From assembly GCA_030390025.1 (NCBI GenBank), contig CM059432.1:36830001-36894000 (forward strand): a stretch of DNA of 64,000 bases, written 5' to 3'. The translations under genes were made by a program, and so were the position numbers. The DNA is from Squalus acanthias (lineage: Eukaryota). Below the pieces are notes generated by a model, which did not search any database, was not told where the DNA came from, and worked only from the letters and a program-made list of their open reading frames with translations. This document shows positions 62,803-64,000 of the stretch, one piece after another. Each line of letters begins with the position of its first letter. The stretch's first letter is position 1.

Positions 62803-64000
62803 GTACCGGCTCTCTGCAAGAGCACTTCAGCTCGTCCCACTCCCCCGCCCTTTCCCCATAGCCCTGCAATCTTTTTTCCTTCAGGTACTTATCCAATTCC
62901 CTTTTCAAAGCCATGATTGAATCTGCCTCCACCGCGCTTTCAGGCAGTGCATTCAAGATCCTAACCACTCGCTGCGTAAAAAAGATTTTCCTCATGTCGC
63001 CTTTGGTTCTTCTGCCTATCACCTTAAATTTGTCCCCTCTGGTTCTCGACCCTTCCGCCAATGGGAACAGCTTCTCTCTATCTGGACCCCTCATGATTTT
63101 GAACACCTCTAATCGAATCTCCTCTCAACCTTCTCTGCTCTGAGAACAACCCCAGCTTCTCCAGCCTATCCACATAACTGAAGTCCCTCATCCCTGGAAT
63201 CAATCTTGTAAATCTTTTCTGCACTCTCTCTAAGGTCTTCACATCCTTTGGCCGAACCAGTGTTTTATAAAGGTTCTTCATAAATTCCTTGCTTTTGCAC
63301 TCGATGCCTTTATTTATAAAGCCCAAGATCCCACATGCTTTTTAACTGCTTTCTCAACCTGCCCGGCCACCTTCAACGATTTGTGCACATATACCCCCAG
63401 CTCTCTCTGTTCATTCACCCCTTTTAGAATTGTACCCTTTAGTTTACATTGCCTCTCCTCGTTCTTCCTACCAAAATGTATCACTTTGCATTTTTCTGCC
63501 TTAAATTTCATCGGCCACGTGTCCGCCCATTCCACCAGCCTGTCTATGTCCTCTTGAAGTCTATCACAATCCTCCTTACTGTTCACTATACTTCCAAGTT
63601 TTATGTCATCTGCAAATTTTGAAATTGTGCCCTGTACACCCAAGTCATTAATATGTCAAAAAAAGCTGTGATCCTAGTAACAACCCCTGGGGAACACCAT
63701 TGTGCACCTTCCTCCAGTCCAAAAAAACAACCATTCACCACGACTCACTGTTTCCTGTATCTTAGCCAATTTCGTATCCATGTTGCCACTGTCCATGGGC
63801 TTCAACTTTGCTGGCAAGCCTATTATGTGGCACTTTATCAAACGCCTTTTGGAAGTCCATGTACACCACATCAACCACATTGCCCTCATCAACCCTCTGT
63901 TACCTCATCAAAAAACTCAATCAAGTTAGTTGAACATGATTTGCCTTGAACAAATCCATGCTGGCTTTCCTTAATTAATCCACACTTGTCCAAGCAACTT
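62803..64000 (-). mobile_element. CR1 RT/3' fragment running off the window end
   Basis: ISKFADDIKLG, FKAEKCKVIHFG, FFTQRVVRILNALP. Confidence 0.9.

Overview
Vertebrate, repeat-dense, non-coding genomic DNA. The repeat families point to a cartilaginous fish (shark-like): CR1/HER1-type LINEs, L2 LINEs, a second CR1-group LINE (Crack/Daphne-like), DeuSINE (SacSINE1-like) and other tRNA-derived SINEs, and Penelope-like (PLE) terminal-repeat derivatives. No host protein-coding gene can be recognised; the window looks like a large intron or intergenic region, with only a few low-confidence exon candidates. Almost all longer ORFs in the track are TE-derived or antisense to TEs. Best-supported structures: (i) a near full-length CR1 (7260-12681) whose ORF1 esterase is split by a young L2; (ii) a complete 2,386-bp Buster-type hAT transposon (58076-60461) with 16-bp TIRs, an 8-bp TSD and a transposase two lesions from an open frame; (iii) a family of short PLE-derived elements, many fold-back, several with 13-15 bp TSDs and some keeping minimal hammerhead-ribozyme cores; (iv) a head-to-head LINE pair forming a ~1.9-kb inverted repeat; (v) several nested insertions. 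No CRISPR array, rRNA or true tRNA gene was seen. Family names are by-eye recognition, not database results, and boundaries of old repeats are approximate.
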